Source: Thainema sp. (GTDB lineage: Bacteria > Cyanobacteriota > Cyanobacteriia > Phormidesmidales > Phormidesmidaceae). Taken from it: DNA of 64,000 bases. The stretch spans positions 20,370 to 84,369 of the forward strand of contig JBQLZK010000026.1 of the NCBI GenBank assembly GCA_052168235.1, written 5' to 3'. Positions 11,000 to 21,778 of this stretch are shown here, piece after piece; within the stretch, counting starts at the first letter, position 1; every line of letters begins with the position of its first letter. Under the pieces are notes generated by a model. It worked only from the letters and a program-made list of their open reading frames with translations, had not been told where the DNA came from and searched no databases. Both the position numbers and the translations under genes were made by a program.

Positions 11000-13000
11000 A
11001 TGGCTAATTCCTCCTCGTCGCGGCGTGCTCTAGTTGTACAAAACAACCTATCTCCCTTTGGCAATCAACTAGTTCAATCTGGGTTCGTTGATAGCGAGCA
11101 GATGCAACAAGCCCTCGTTGAAAGTCGGCGTTCGGGACGATCCTTGACGGATGTTCTGGAATCAATGACAGGCAAGCAGCTGCCACCAGATTTAATTCGT
11201 CAGTACAAAAAACAATACCTTTTTGAACTAAAAATCTTATACGGGATTGAATCTCTCGATCCGGAACTGAGCGATTTTCCTGATGTACAAATTGGCCAAC
11301 TAATTGACGAGCTAATTCCAGTTGATATTTGCCGCCGCTATAAGCTGATTCCACTATCACAGCAAGAGGATCCACCCTCTGTACTGGTAGCTATGGTGAA
11401 TCCTGAGAACTTAGATGCTCAAGACGACCTGAATCGGATTTTGCGCCCGAAGTCTCTCAAGTTGCAGCGCATGGTAATCACGACAGAAGACTTTCAAAGC
11501 CTGCTGTCCCGCTACTTGGATGAGCGAATTGAGCGCGAGAAACAGGACGAGTTTCGGAAGGCAACCGATGTTCAATCCGACATTGCCGGATTGGATAATC
11601 TAGATGACCTTGAAGATGCGGTAGACGAAGAGGCCGACCTCGGAGCAGCACTGCAAGACGCAGAGGCGGCACCTGTCATTGCTTTGGTGAATAAAATTCT
11701 TGTGAAAGCGCTTCAGGAAGGCGTTTCTGATATTCACGTTGAGCCACAAGAAGAATCCCTGCGAATTCGCTTCCGGAAAGATGGCGTTCTACGGCAAGCA
11801 TTCGATCCGCTGCCCAAAAAGATTGTGTCTGCGGTCACGGCTCGTTTCAAGATTATTTCGAACCTTGACATTGCTGAGCGTCGCGCACCCCAGGATGGCC
11901 GGATTCGTCGAATGTACCAAGGCCGCAAGGTCGATTTCCGGGTCAACACTCTTCCTTGTAACTATGGGGAAAAGGTTGTACTACGGATTCTAGATAACTC
12001 TTCAACTCAACTGGGACTGGATAAGCTAATCACCGACCCAGAAACGCTGAAGATTGTGCAGGACATGGCATCTCGTCCCTTTGGTTTGATCCTGGTTACA
12101 GGTCCAACGGGTTCAGGTAAAACGACAACCCTGTATTCTGTTCTGGCCGAACGGAATGATCCAGGCGTCAATATCAGTACGGCAGAAGATCCGATTGAAT
12201 ATACGCTGCCCGGTTTAACACAGGTGCAAGTCATTCGTGAAAAGGGCATGGATTTTGCGTCCATCCTACGGGCGTTTTTGCGACAAGACCCGGATGTCAT
12301 TCTGGTGGGTGAGACACGAGATAAGGAAACGGCCAAAACGGCAATTGAGGCTGCACTAACGGGACACCTTGTATTAACAACCTTACATACGAATGATGCC
12401 CCAAGTGCGATCGCACGTTTAGAGGAGATGGGCGTTGAATCATTTATGGTTTCCAGTTCTCTACTGGGCGTCCTAGCACAGCGTCTTGTCCGTCGCGTCT
12501 GTCAAGACTGCCGTATTCCCTATAATCCTGAACGAGAAGAATTGGCTCGATTTGGTTTGTCAACCTCTGCTCATGCCGATATTACTCTGTACCGAGCAAA
12601 CAGCCTCCAGCCAGAAGAAATTCAAGCGGCCCGTAAAGACAATACACTTTGTAAAACCTGCAACGGTGTTGGCTACAAAGGTCGCTGTGGTGTCTACGAG
12701 GTAATGCGAGTCACAGAGAATATTCAGGCTCTGATTACAGAAGGTGCGCCGACAGAACGGATTAAGGAAGTAGCAGTCGAGGAGGGAATGAAAACTTTGC
12801 TCGCTTATAGCCTAGATCTCGTTTCTCAAGGACTAACCACATTAGATGAAGTTGAGCGGGTTACCTTCACCGATTCGGGCTTAGAAGCAGAATTGAAAGC
12901 CAAACGAAAAACTTCACTGACCTGCCGAGTGTGTGGAGCAGGACTCGAACCCGAATGGCTTGATTGTCCATACTGCACAACACCGCGATTCCAAGATTAA
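11000..13000 (+). CDS. pilB: Type IV pilus assembly ATPase PilB with cyanobacterial C-terminal Zn-ribbon extension
   Basis: GPTGSGKTT, EDPIE, LRQDPDVILVGE and TGHLVLTTLHTN motifs; C-terminal CRVC...CPYC. Confidence 0.95.
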   Translation: MANSSSSRRALVVQNNLSPFGNQLVQSGFVDSEQMQQALVESRRSGRSLTDVLESMTGKQLPPDLIRQYKKQYLFELKILYGIESLDPELSDFPDVQIGQLIDELIPVDICRRYKLIPLSQQEDPPSVLVAMVNPENLDAQDDLNRILRPKSLKLQRMVITTEDFQSLLSRYLDERIEREKQDEFRKATDVQSDIAGLDNLDDLEDAVDEEADLGAALQDAEAAPVIALVNKILVKALQEGVSDIHVEPQEESLRIRFRKDGVLRQAFDPLPKKIVSAVTARFKIISNLDIAERRAPQDGRIRRMYQGRKVDFRVNTLPCNYGEKVVLRILDNSSTQLGLDKLITDPETLKIVQDMASRPFGLILVTGPTGSGKTTTLYSVLAERNDPGVNISTAEDPIEYTLPGLTQVQVIREKGMDFASILRAFLRQDPDVILVGETRDKETAKTAIEAALTGHLVLTTLHTNDAPSAIARLEEMGVESFMVSSSLLGVLAQRLVRRVCQDCRIPYNPEREELARFGLSTSAHADITLYRANSLQPEEIQAARKDNTLCKTCNGVGYKGRCGVYEVMRVTENIQALITEGAPTERIKEVAVEEGMKTLLAYSLDLVSQGLTTLDEVERVTFTDSGLEAELKAKRKTSLTCRVCGAGLEPEWLDCPYCTTPRFQD

Positions 13001-13158
13001 GAATAAAAGCCGTGCAAGCTGATCACAAATGATCTATTTTGTTTGGATCTAGGGCATCCTTGCACCAAACCCACCGTTGAAACTGGTAAACCGATTGGCA
13101 ATTTCTATTGCCGAGCAGTTTGTATCGTTGTAGCAAAATCTTAGGATGAGGTACCTTC

Positions 13159-14271
13159 ATGGAACTAATGATTGAAGACCTAATGGAAGAGGTCGTTGAG
13201 CGGGGTGGTTCTGACCTGCATTTATCTGCGGGCTTACCTCCCTACATCCGCATTAGCGGCAAGCTAACCCCCACCGAGCATGAACCGATGTCTGCGGAAC
13301 AGTGCCAACGGCTTATCTTCAGCATGCTCAACAATACACAACGTAAGACGCTTGAACAAACCTGGGAACTTGACTGTTCTTATGGCGTTCGAGGGCTTGC
13401 TCGCTTCCGGGTCAACGTGTACAAAGATCGGGGAACCTATGCAGCTTGTTTGAGAGCACTGAGTTCTAAAATTCCTACTATGGAAGTGCTCGGCCTACCC
13501 AATATCGTGCGCGAGCTATCGGAAAAGCCTCGGGGTTTAATTTTGGTAACTGGCCCGACCGGATCAGGTAAGTCTACTACTCTGGCTTCCATGATCAACA
13601 ACATCAACCTGACTCGGCCAGAGCACATTTTGACTGTTGAAGACCCAATTGAATTTGTATATGAACCCATTAAAAGCTTGATTCACCAGCGCCAAGTGGG
13701 CGAAGATACCAAGAGTTTTGCCAACGCGCTGAGAGCTGCTCTACGGGAAGATCCCGATGTCATCCTGGTCGGTGAGATGCGGGACTTAGAAACGATCTCG
13801 CTTGCGATCTCCGCTGCTGAAACTGGTCACTTGGTTTTTGGCACCTTACACACCAGCTCCGCATCCCAGACCGTTGACCGGATGGTAGACGTATTTCCGC
13901 CCGATCAGCAGCAACAGGTTCGAGTTCAGGTCTCCAACTCCCTCGTTGCTGTACTGAGCCAAACCCTAGTATCCAAAAAGAATCCGAAACCCGGTGAATT
14001 TGGACGGGTGATGGCGCAAGAAATTATGGTTGTCACGCCCGCTATTTCTAACCTGATTCGTGAGGGTAAAACTGCCCAAATTTATTCTGCAATTCAGACA
14101 GGTGGTAAGTTGTCGATGCAGACACTAGAAAAAGTGTTGGCCGACTACTGCAAACAGGGTGTGATCTCATTTGAAGATGCAATGTCAAAAACCTCCCGAC
14201 CTGACGAACTGCAGAGACTGATCGGCGGTGCTGTGACAACTAATGCAGGAGCAGGAGCTGCACGCCACTAA
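13159..14271 (+). CDS. pilT: Type IV pilus retraction ATPase PilT
   Basis: SDLHLSAGLPP, GPTGSGKST, LREDPDVILVGEMRD and AISNLIRE (AIRNLIRE-like) motifs. Confidence 0.96.
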   Translation: MELMIEDLMEEVVERGGSDLHLSAGLPPYIRISGKLTPTEHEPMSAEQCQRLIFSMLNNTQRKTLEQTWELDCSYGVRGLARFRVNVYKDRGTYAACLRALSSKIPTMEVLGLPNIVRELSEKPRGLILVTGPTGSGKSTTLASMINNINLTRPEHILTVEDPIEFVYEPIKSLIHQRQVGEDTKSFANALRAALREDPDVILVGEMRDLETISLAISAAETGHLVFGTLHTSSASQTVDRMVDVFPPDQQQQVRVQVSNSLVAVLSQTLVSKKNPKPGEFGRVMAQEIMVVTPAISNLIREGKTAQIYSAIQTGGKLSMQTLEKVLADYCKQGVISFEDAMSKTSRPDELQRLIGGAVTTNAGAGAARH

Positions 14272-14601
14272 TCTGCCCACTGGCCAGTTACTGGCGATCA
14301 AATAGGCAATCGAGATGTATTCGATATTGTCGTGAAATACCAACGGTAGCCAGCAGGTATTCAGTAAAGCTCAGCTCGAAAATGACTACTTGCTGGTTCC
14401 GTTTTCCAAATAGTTGAAAACATGATGTTGAAGTACTAGATATCATTACACTAAGAATCAGATTTTGATTCTTATCGGGAACTTGGCCTTCTCAGCCCTC
14501 CTGGTTTTCAAGTTAGATTGATGCTGTCTGATAACTTATAACAATTTCTATCCTTAAGTGAGAGAAATTTTTAATCGCATAAATCCTTACAGGACAAAGC
14601 C

Positions 14602-15813
14602 ATGCCTACCTATGTTGCAACTGCCCGCGATGCAGCTGGAAATTCTAAAAAGCAAAAAATCAAAGCGGACTCACCCAACGCTGCTCGTACCGCCCTACGA
14701 GAACAGGGTTTGTTTGTTCAGGACATCAAGGAAGATCAAGGCTTAAGTATTGATCTCAGCGATCTGTTAACCAGCGTATCTGTGAAAGATAAGGCGATTT
14801 TTTCACGTCAGTTTGCTGCACTGGTTAATGCTGGTGTAGCTTTGGTTAGGGGACTGGGCATTTTGTCAGAGCAGTGTCCAAACCCCAAGCTGAAGAAAGC
14901 ACTACAAGCGGTCAGTGCCGAGGTACAGCAGGGCACCAATCTTTCAGATGCAATGAGTAAACATCCGCATTGTTTTGATGATTTATACGTAGCGATGATT
15001 CAAGCTGGTGAGGTTGGTGGTGTACTGGATGAAGTGCTAAACCGCTTATCTAAACTGCTGGAAGATGTCGCCCGGTTACAAAACCAAATTAAGTCAGCGA
15101 TGGCTTATCCGGTCACAGTAGGATTTTTGGCAGTCGTCATTTTTGTGGCAATGACGGTGTTCCTCTTGCCTATCTTTGCTGGCATTTTTGAGGAGTTGGG
15201 CACGACGCTGCCGCTCTTCACGCGCATCATGTTGGGCATTAGTAAAGTTCTAAGAACGCCTCAATACATTGTGGGCATTATTGTCATTATCGCGGGATTG
15301 AGCTTTGCTTATCGGCAATACTATAAAACTCGTGCTGGCCGTGAAGTAATTGATCGGTTGTCTCTTAAAATGCCCTTGTTCGGTGATTTGATTCAGAAAA
15401 CGGCTACTGCTAGATTTTGTCGGACATTTGGTTCCTTATCTCGCTCTGGAGTTCCTATTCTGACCTCTTTAGAAATCACCCGTGATACGGCAGGAAATCA
15501 GATTATTTCAAATGCGATCGATCATGCGCGGGAAGAGGTGCAAAGCGGTGGCATGATGAGTCTGGCGCTACAGCGAGAACAGGTTTTTCCAATCATGGCG
15601 ATTCAGATGATCAGTATTGGAGAAGAAACTGGTGAAATTGACCAGATGCTGATGAAGGTGGCTGACTTTTATGAAGATGAAATTGAACAGGCCGTCAAGG
15701 CACTAACGAGTATGTTGGAGCCAATTATGATTGTGCTGTTGGGTGGTATGGTCGGCGCAATTTTGCTGTCGATGTATCTCCCAATGTTTGCAGTCTTCGA
15801 TCAACTTGGATAA
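14602..15813 (+). CDS. pilC: Type IV pilus platform protein PilC (T2SS F family)
   Basis: Two T2SSF repeats (AGEVGGVLD, GEETGEID...LEP); follows pilB and pilT. Confidence 0.95.
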   Translation: MPTYVATARDAAGNSKKQKIKADSPNAARTALREQGLFVQDIKEDQGLSIDLSDLLTSVSVKDKAIFSRQFAALVNAGVALVRGLGILSEQCPNPKLKKALQAVSAEVQQGTNLSDAMSKHPHCFDDLYVAMIQAGEVGGVLDEVLNRLSKLLEDVARLQNQIKSAMAYPVTVGFLAVVIFVAMTVFLLPIFAGIFEELGTTLPLFTRIMLGISKVLRTPQYIVGIIVIIAGLSFAYRQYYKTRAGREVIDRLSLKMPLFGDLIQKTATARFCRTFGSLSRSGVPILTSLEITRDTAGNQIISNAIDHAREEVQSGGMMSLALQREQVFPIMAIQMISIGEETGEIDQMLMKVADFYEDEIEQAVKALTSMLEPIMIVLLGGMVGAILLSMYLPMFAVFDQLG

Positions 15814-15921
15814 GGCTGAATCTACAGCTTAGAGTTTGGATTACGGATTTTGGCTAATTAGGAAAAGTAGAAGCAATAGACCTGTCTCACCTACATTAGC
15901 CAAGATCCAAGCAAAGTCTAG

Positions 15922-16554
15922 ATGGTTGATGCGATCGATGGAAAGACTATGGTTGTTTATCAAGTTCACTATGAAGAGTTGCTAGCGGAGTATAGCAACT
16001 ATGACGGTGCGATCGCACTTTTGAAGCAGTATCGTCCCTACCTGGAAACCATTCCGAGTATGCGGCGACCTGATGAAAGCGTTATCACCATTCCGCTACC
16101 GAATATTCGAGTCCGACAAACCATCTCAAAACCCCATAGTGATCTCAAGGTGGCCGCAGGTGAAGTGATTCCGTTGCCCTGCGACGTCGTGATTCTCATG
16201 TGCGATCCAGAATGGAAAATCAAAACGGGTGTTGAGATTCCCATCTATATTCATCGACCTCAAGAAGATTTTTCGGCGTTGTTGACGCGCTGGCGACACA
16301 CTCAGGTGCTACTGAGCCAAGAATATGAGTGGCTCATGCCAATGCGCCATAAACATTTGTTGAGCGAAGGGGCTGATAAAGTACTACCCCTATTTGTAGT
16401 ATTTCCGGAAACACCGGATCGAATTTTGCGGGGACTGCGAGGAGCAGGTTTACCGTTTGTCGTCTCACAATCACCCGCCATTCAGGAAAATTTTGCCGGA
16501 GCGGATGATGAGTCTGCCTCATCCCGTGAGTCCCAGGATCAACCGCAGGACTAG
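15922..16554 (+). CDS. Conserved hypothetical protein
   Basis: 210-aa ORF co-oriented after pilC, contains HIP1; no motif recognised. Confidence 0.7.
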   Translation: MVDAIDGKTMVVYQVHYEELLAEYSNYDGAIALLKQYRPYLETIPSMRRPDESVITIPLPNIRVRQTISKPHSDLKVAAGEVIPLPCDVVILMCDPEWKIKTGVEIPIYIHRPQEDFSALLTRWRHTQVLLSQEYEWLMPMRHKHLLSEGADKVLPLFVVFPETPDRILRGLRGAGLPFVVSQSPAIQENFAGADDESASSRESQDQPQD

Positions 16555-16660
16555 GCAATTAACAGTTAACTTAATTAACTAACTACTTTTGCGTGGGCTG
16601 AAGGATACTCAGAAATAACGAGCATAGTTTGTTTTAAGCAACTTGCCCACCGCTCGGCCA

Positions 16661-18640
16661 TCAAAGCCTATCGGTGTCAAATGTAGTAACATCCAGTCCA
16701 TCGGTATCTAATCCAGCCCTAACCTTCGAGCCGTCGATATTCAGCATATTCCAGGGTAAGTGAGGGCCGAGTTGTGCTGCTGTGCTGGTGCTGCCTGGGA
16801 ATAGCGTGGGCTGTTGCGATCGCAAAATTGTTTGCTGTAGGGTAGCGACTTGATGCCAAGCACCTAGCGCTTCTAAGTGAATTGCAGAGGCCAACTGGCG
16901 GAGCGGTGTGTTGGTGCCGCCCTCTGGACGCGCTGTCACCCGTAGCCACTGCGACAAGCCAGGGGGAAGTTCTTCGTTCAGCCGCAGGGGCAAACCTTCA
17001 GTTGCAAATGACTGGGCGTATTGAGCCGTCAGGAAAGGCTGATAGCGATCCGCTTGCGGCGTTTTTTGCATGATGAAGGCCAAGCTAATTCCGCGTACAA
17101 ACTGACGCAGTGCATCAGTCTCATAACCTGGGCGCTCTCGAATCAGCGGATTTTCCGTCAGAGCTGGATTCAGATAGGCCGGATCGCCCACGCTGAGATG
17201 GGTGCCACGCACAGCAGTAATGAGGTATTTTTCACTGTGCAGTTGCTCAAATGGCCAAAGCTGCTGAGAAATGGCGGGTGTAACCGGATCTTCAGTCCCG
17301 CTCAGCATCAGGGTTGGAACGCGTACTCCCTGTAGGCCGTGCTGACCAAATAGTTGACCAATGATTGGATTAAATAGCATCACTTGCCGAATCCGATGAT
17401 CGGCCAGTGATTGACGAGGTCTATTCAAGTCGGTGGCAGCGCACTGGAGCCAATCAGCTGGAGACAAGTCAACTGATCGCTGATTCTGGCAAAAAGCCTG
17501 TAGCTCAGGCAATGAGAGTCGTGCGCCTGCCAAAACTAGCGCTGTATAGCCGCCCATTGAGTGGCCAATAATACTGACCTCATTGGTGTTGAGTCGTCCT
17601 TTGAGGACGTGGGAATACTGATTGAGCCATTCAAGATGGTCGAGTACAAAGGAAACATCCTGAGGCCGATCAATAAACTCAGTGGCGGGTAAAATGCGGC
17701 TGGCTTCGCTTTGATCCGGCACATCCCCGTCAGATGTGTCACGAAACAGCGTTGTTAAGGCGGCAACATTACTGCCGGGATGCTCAATGGAGGCAACAAC
17801 AAAGCCATAAGAAGCTAAATGTTCAGCCAGATAGGTTAAGAATTTGCGATCAGCTCCAAATCCGTGGGAAATGACAATCAGCGGTCCGTGCGAGTAGCGC
17901 TTGCTCCAGTACAGCTCGACGGGAATCAAGCGATCGCGTTCTGTATCGCGGAGTAGCAGCCCTCGGTGACGAGTGGAAAACGGGCCGACCTGAGTTGGAT
18001 CAACGGTTGAAGGTAAAGCAGATTCCTCCTCATCGGTGGCAACATAAAGCTGCTGCGCCAGAACAGCCCCCATAGACTGGCTTTGTAAATAGGAAAAATT
18101 GATCTGTGAGGCAAACATGGTGGCTGCCAGGGCATCAATCGTCACGGTTTCCTGCGGCAGAGCCTTTAACATCCCTAATAAACTCAGCTTTTGATCCCGT
18201 TGAGCCGCTACGGTGAGCGCTGATCGTAGTTCTGGAATCGAAACATCTGGAGTTATTTCTCCGAGGGATTCGATCAGCCTCACGCCACTGCGAGTTTGCA
18301 ATAAATCCTTAACGACTTTGTTGCCAAGATCCGGGTTGACTGCGAGCTGGTCAGACAAAATGCGCTGCACGTTGGGCGTGAGCAACGGATGGTAAAGCGA
18401 TAAGCTGTCGGGTGGCTCACCAGTTTTAGCAAAGGCTTCTAAATCTGCGATCGCAACGGATTGCTTGACGGGACCAACTTGAATAATCAATCGCTCTGCG
18501 GCACGGGTGCGGAGTTGACTTCCTGCCAGCAGTAAACCGCTCATACATAAAATTGAGCCAATCTGCCGAAGTCGCCGCTTTAACAGGGCAGGCCGATTGC
18601 GGACACTGGGTGTCAACAAATTGATCGATAAACTCAGCAT
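16661..18640 (-). CDS. DUF1400 plus alpha/beta hydrolase (PAF-AH/dienelactone hydrolase-like); start probably at ATG 18640 rather than 18742
   Basis: Signal-like region ending AAERL, followed by SHGFG, GHSMGG nucleophile elbow, EDPVTP and GTHLS. Confidence 0.85.
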   Translation of the reverse strand: MLSLSINLLTPSVRNRPALLKRRLRQIGSILCMSGLLLAGSQLRTRAAERLIIQVGPVKQSVAIADLEAFAKTGEPPDSLSLYHPLLTPNVQRILSDQLAVNPDLGNKVVKDLLQTRSGVRLIESLGEITPDVSIPELRSALTVAAQRDQKLSLLGMLKALPQETVTIDALAATMFASQINFSYLQSQSMGAVLAQQLYVATDEEESALPSTVDPTQVGPFSTRHRGLLLRDTERDRLIPVELYWSKRYSHGPLIVISHGFGADRKFLTYLAEHLASYGFVVASIEHPGSNVAALTTLFRDTSDGDVPDQSEASRILPATEFIDRPQDVSFVLDHLEWLNQYSHVLKGRLNTNEVSIIGHSMGGYTALVLAGARLSLPELQAFCQNQRSVDLSPADWLQCAATDLNRPRQSLADHRIRQVMLFNPIIGQLFGQHGLQGVRVPTLMLSGTEDPVTPAISQQLWPFEQLHSEKYLITAVRGTHLSVGDPAYLNPALTENPLIRERPGYETDALRQFVRGISLAFIMQKTPQADRYQPFLTAQYAQSFATEGLPLRLNEELPPGLSQWLRVTARPEGGTNTPLRQLASAIHLEALGAWHQVATLQQTILRSQQPTLFPGSTSTAAQLGPHLPWNMLNIDGSKVRAGLDTDGLDVTTFDTDRL

Positions 18641-18681
18641 TCTCAAATGGCTCAATGACAGAGATAGAGATATGTTGTTTT

Positions 18682-18715
18682 CCAACGTATCCAAACAGCC
18701 AACGTATCCAAACAG
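18682..18715. repeat. Perfect 17-bp tandem duplication
   Basis: ccaacgtatccaaacag twice. Confidence 0.9.
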
Positions 18716-18745
18716 TAAGTAAGTTGGCATAAGTAAATGCAAAAG

Positions 18746-18795
18746 CTAAAAACCGGGGGAGAGCCCCTCCGGAGGGGCTCTCCCCCGGTTTTTAG
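18746..18795. repeat. Perfect 50-bp palindrome with no loop
   Basis: ctaaaaaccgggggagagcccctcc | ggaggggctctcccccggtttttag. Confidence 0.95.
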
Positions 18796-19167
18796 TATGC
18801 GTTCATTTACATACAGCTACATTACCTAAACAGTAACGGACAGATATAGACCCGTTATGTTCCTCTCAACGTACCCAAAATTGACTTTTCACACTGCATC
18901 ATCAACAACTGGCTTTACGAAGTTTGACAAAATGTGGTCAGCTCAATCAGCTTAAATTGAACAGTACGATCATGATGCAGTGCAAGCTGGCAATATAAGC
19001 CCTGCCTCATGAGTTCGTGTTGGCAGGGAATATAAGCAGCGCCATTTGTTCAGTGTAGTTTAATCAATCTTTTGGCCTATTCACTCTATCTATAGATCCT
19101 TAATTTCTACAGATACCTAAGATACTGATCAGACACTCAAATACATTACAAATTCGTTACACTGCTT

Positions 19168-19800
19168 ATGCCCCAGATTACGATTTACGGAACTCCGGTT
19201 AGCACCTACGTTCGCACGACGCGCATGCTGCTCGAATCAGCAGGCGTTGACTATGACTTGCAGGATGTTGGCATTTTTAACGGCGAGAATCAGTCATCGG
19301 ATTACTTAGCTAAGAATCCATTCGGTAAAGTGCCCACACTAGAGGTAGACGGCACCCTGATGTATGAAACCAGTGCCATTACGGACTACGTCAACACCAC
19401 TCTCGCCAACGGCAAATATAGCCCCGCTGATCCGCTGCTGCGGGCGCGGATGCTCCAAATTATGAGCATTGTTGATAACTATCTCTATCCGGCTGTAATT
19501 GGCAAAATTGTAATTCAGCGGCTGATTGTGCCCAGCCAGGGTGGACAAACTGATGAGCAGATCGTAAAAAGTGCGATCGCACCTGCCCACACCGCCATCG
19601 CCGCCATTGAAGCCCTGATTGCAGATGTGCCCTATCTGCTGGGTAGCGAATTGAGTCTTGCCGACCTGTATGTGATTCCGGTGCTGCTCTACCTGGCTCA
19701 AACGCCAGAGTTTCAGCCCGTGATGAGCGAGTCGCCCAAACTGCTCAACTGGTGGCAAAAAGCCAGTCAACTACCCGTTGTGCAAACGGTTTGCCAGTAG
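19168..19800 (+). CDS. Glutathione S-transferase family protein
   Basis: NPFGKVPTL, ETSAI and LSLADL motifs. Confidence 0.92.
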   Translation: MPQITIYGTPVSTYVRTTRMLLESAGVDYDLQDVGIFNGENQSSDYLAKNPFGKVPTLEVDGTLMYETSAITDYVNTTLANGKYSPADPLLRARMLQIMSIVDNYLYPAVIGKIVIQRLIVPSQGGQTDEQIVKSAIAPAHTAIAAIEALIADVPYLLGSELSLADLYVIPVLLYLAQTPEFQPVMSESPKLLNWWQKASQLPVVQTVCQ

Positions 19801-19868
19801 CCTGCCCTAACACAATGCAGATATTTTCGCCAGTAGAGAATTCCATCAGAGGACAGACCCTCATTTAG

Positions 19869-19886
19869 TTTACACATTGTTACAAT
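19869..19886. promoter_or_regulatory. Possible HLR1 (RpaB-binding) motif
   Basis: tttacaca-tt-gttacaat matches (G/T)TTACA(T/A)(T/A)-NN-repeat with one mismatch, upstream of the site-2 protease. Confidence 0.35.
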
Positions 19887-20176
19887 GCGGTTAATGCTTC
19901 AGTTTGTATGTGCTGCGCCGAGTAAAAGCCTCTTACGCTGCATGTTCCAACTGAATGGCATGATCACTCCAAGGGAAAGTCAATCGTCCTGTTGATCGTG
20001 ATCCATTTTGCGATCGCGCCAGTATCAAGTCCGTGTAGAAGAACCCAATTTATTTGTTTTTTGTGAAAGCTTATCAGCAAGTAATTGGCTTTTAACCGGA
20101 CTTTGGATAACTAGACATTTCAGTATTTACCTAGATATTGAGCGATTGCCTTTTCCGTTGAACGATAAGGAATCAC

Positions 20177-21301
20177 ATGAACGGTTTAAGATTTGGCAAT
20201 TTATTTGGCATTCCGTTTTACATCAATCCCTCTTGGTTTTTAGTCCTCGCACTTGTCACCTGGGATTATGGCGGCGGACTGGCTCAGCAGTTTCCCACGC
20301 TGACGGGTGCTGCTCCCTGGTTATTAGGTTTAGGCGCGGCGCTGCTGCTGTTTGCGTCCGTGCTGGCTCATGAACTGGGTCACAGCTTCGTGGCCATTCG
20401 TCAGGGCATCAACGTAAAGTCCATCACCCTATTCATCTTTGGTGGACTGGCTAGCCTGGAACGAGAATCAGACAGTCCGGCGGAAGCATTCTGGGTTGCG
20501 ATCGCGGGCCCATTAGTTAGCTTCATGCTGTTTTTCCTCTTCATGGCAATCAGCATCTTGGCTCCGATTTCTGGGCCAATTGCAGCGATTGTAAACTTAC
20601 TGGCTTACATCAACCTGGCAATTGGTTTATTTAACCTGATTCCCGGTTTGCCCTTGGACGGCGGCAACGTCCTGAAGTCCCTGGTCTGGAAGATTACGGG
20701 TAATTCCTATAAAGGAATGACCTTTGCTGGTCGAGTTGGCCAATTCATCGGCTGGAGCGCCATCGGCCTCAGCGTACTGTCCTTCTTCGGCCTCAGCCCT
20801 ATCGGTAGTGTTTGGACTCTGTTGATCGGTTGGTTCTTGCTACGAAATGCTGGGTTTGCGGCACAGTCCGCTCAATTCCAAGAGCGCTTGGACGGCTTGA
20901 CCGCTGGCGATGTGGTTGAACCCGATAGCCCCGTAATCGCGGCTACTGCATCCCTACGCCAGTTTGCTGACGAGTCAATCTTGAATCAAAATAGCGGTTG
21001 GCAGCGGTTCTTGGTCACGGATGACGATCAGCAGCTCATGGGTACGGCATCCATTGAAGATTTGAAGCAGATTCCAATTGACCAGTGGGAAACGCAGACA
21101 GTGCGCGATATCGCTAAGCGAACTGAATCTGAGCTAACTATTCAATCGAATCGCCCTCTGCTGGACGTGATTCAACTTCTGGAAGAAAAGCGCTTATCCG
21201 CTCTCACCGTCATCACTGAAAACGGTAACGTTGTTGGACTGCTAGAAAAAAGCGCCATTATCGATCGTTTGCGCAATCCCAATCAGCTTAAATCTGTGTA
21301 G
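20177..21301 (+). CDS. Site-2 protease (M50 family) with CBS domains
   Basis: HELGH zinc motif, AGPLVS, FNLIPGLPLDGG and a C-terminal CBS pair. Confidence 0.92.
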   Translation: MNGLRFGNLFGIPFYINPSWFLVLALVTWDYGGGLAQQFPTLTGAAPWLLGLGAALLLFASVLAHELGHSFVAIRQGINVKSITLFIFGGLASLERESDSPAEAFWVAIAGPLVSFMLFFLFMAISILAPISGPIAAIVNLLAYINLAIGLFNLIPGLPLDGGNVLKSLVWKITGNSYKGMTFAGRVGQFIGWSAIGLSVLSFFGLSPIGSVWTLLIGWFLLRNAGFAAQSAQFQERLDGLTAGDVVEPDSPVIAATASLRQFADESILNQNSGWQRFLVTDDDQQLMGTASIEDLKQIPIDQWETQTVRDIAKRTESELTIQSNRPLLDVIQLLEEKRLSALTVITENGNVVGLLEKSAIIDRLRNPNQLKSV

Positions 21302-21389
21302 AGTAAGGCGCGTGAAGTAACGCTTGATGCATGAAGAAGGAGGCGTAAAAACTGGCCTTCCTTAATCGGCACAGTCAGACAGCACAGTT

Positions 21390-21429
21390 AAAGCCAGAAA
21401 GCGTTCCCGTGGGAGCGCTTTCTGGCTTT
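21390..21429. terminator. Hairpin between convergent genes, probably a bidirectional terminator
   Basis: aaagccagaaagcgttccc-gt-gggagcgctttctggcttt: 19-bp stem with A and T flanks. Confidence 0.65.
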
Positions 21430-21462
21430 TGGTGCAAAATTAGATCACAAGAACGAATTGGC

Positions 21463-21777
21463 CTAACCTTTGTGCTTACCGTTGCCGCGTTTGCCTTTAT
21501 TTTTATGTTTTGCTCCTGGCTTTGTTCCGGGCGGCGTCCGGTGATCGCCAAAATACTTCTCACTGCGGTAGTGCAGCCAAACTTTTAGCACCTCCGGAAT
21601 CTGCTGCTTTTGCTCCTTTGTCAGTTGGTTATACAGCTCTAGTGCTTTTTCCCGTTCACCGCGACAGGCGCGATTATTGTGCGCATCCCAATAGGATCGC
21701 GCCACTCGAATTCGCCGACACACTTCCTTAATGAGGGCATCGCCTTCGAGCGGTTGATCGGGATTTTGCTTGGCCAT
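21463..21777 (-). CDS. Small conserved cyanobacterial hypothetical protein (likely start MAKQ at 21777)
   Basis: EVCRRIRVARSYWDAHNNRAC...WLHYRSEKYFG core; ATG lies 1 nt after the stop of the upstream methyltransferase. Confidence 0.7.
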   Translation of the reverse strand: MAKQNPDQPLEGDALIKEVCRRIRVARSYWDAHNNRACRGEREKALELYNQLTKEQKQQIPEVLKVWLHYRSEKYFGDHRTPPGTKPGAKHKNKGKRGNGKHKG

Positions 21778-21778
21778 A

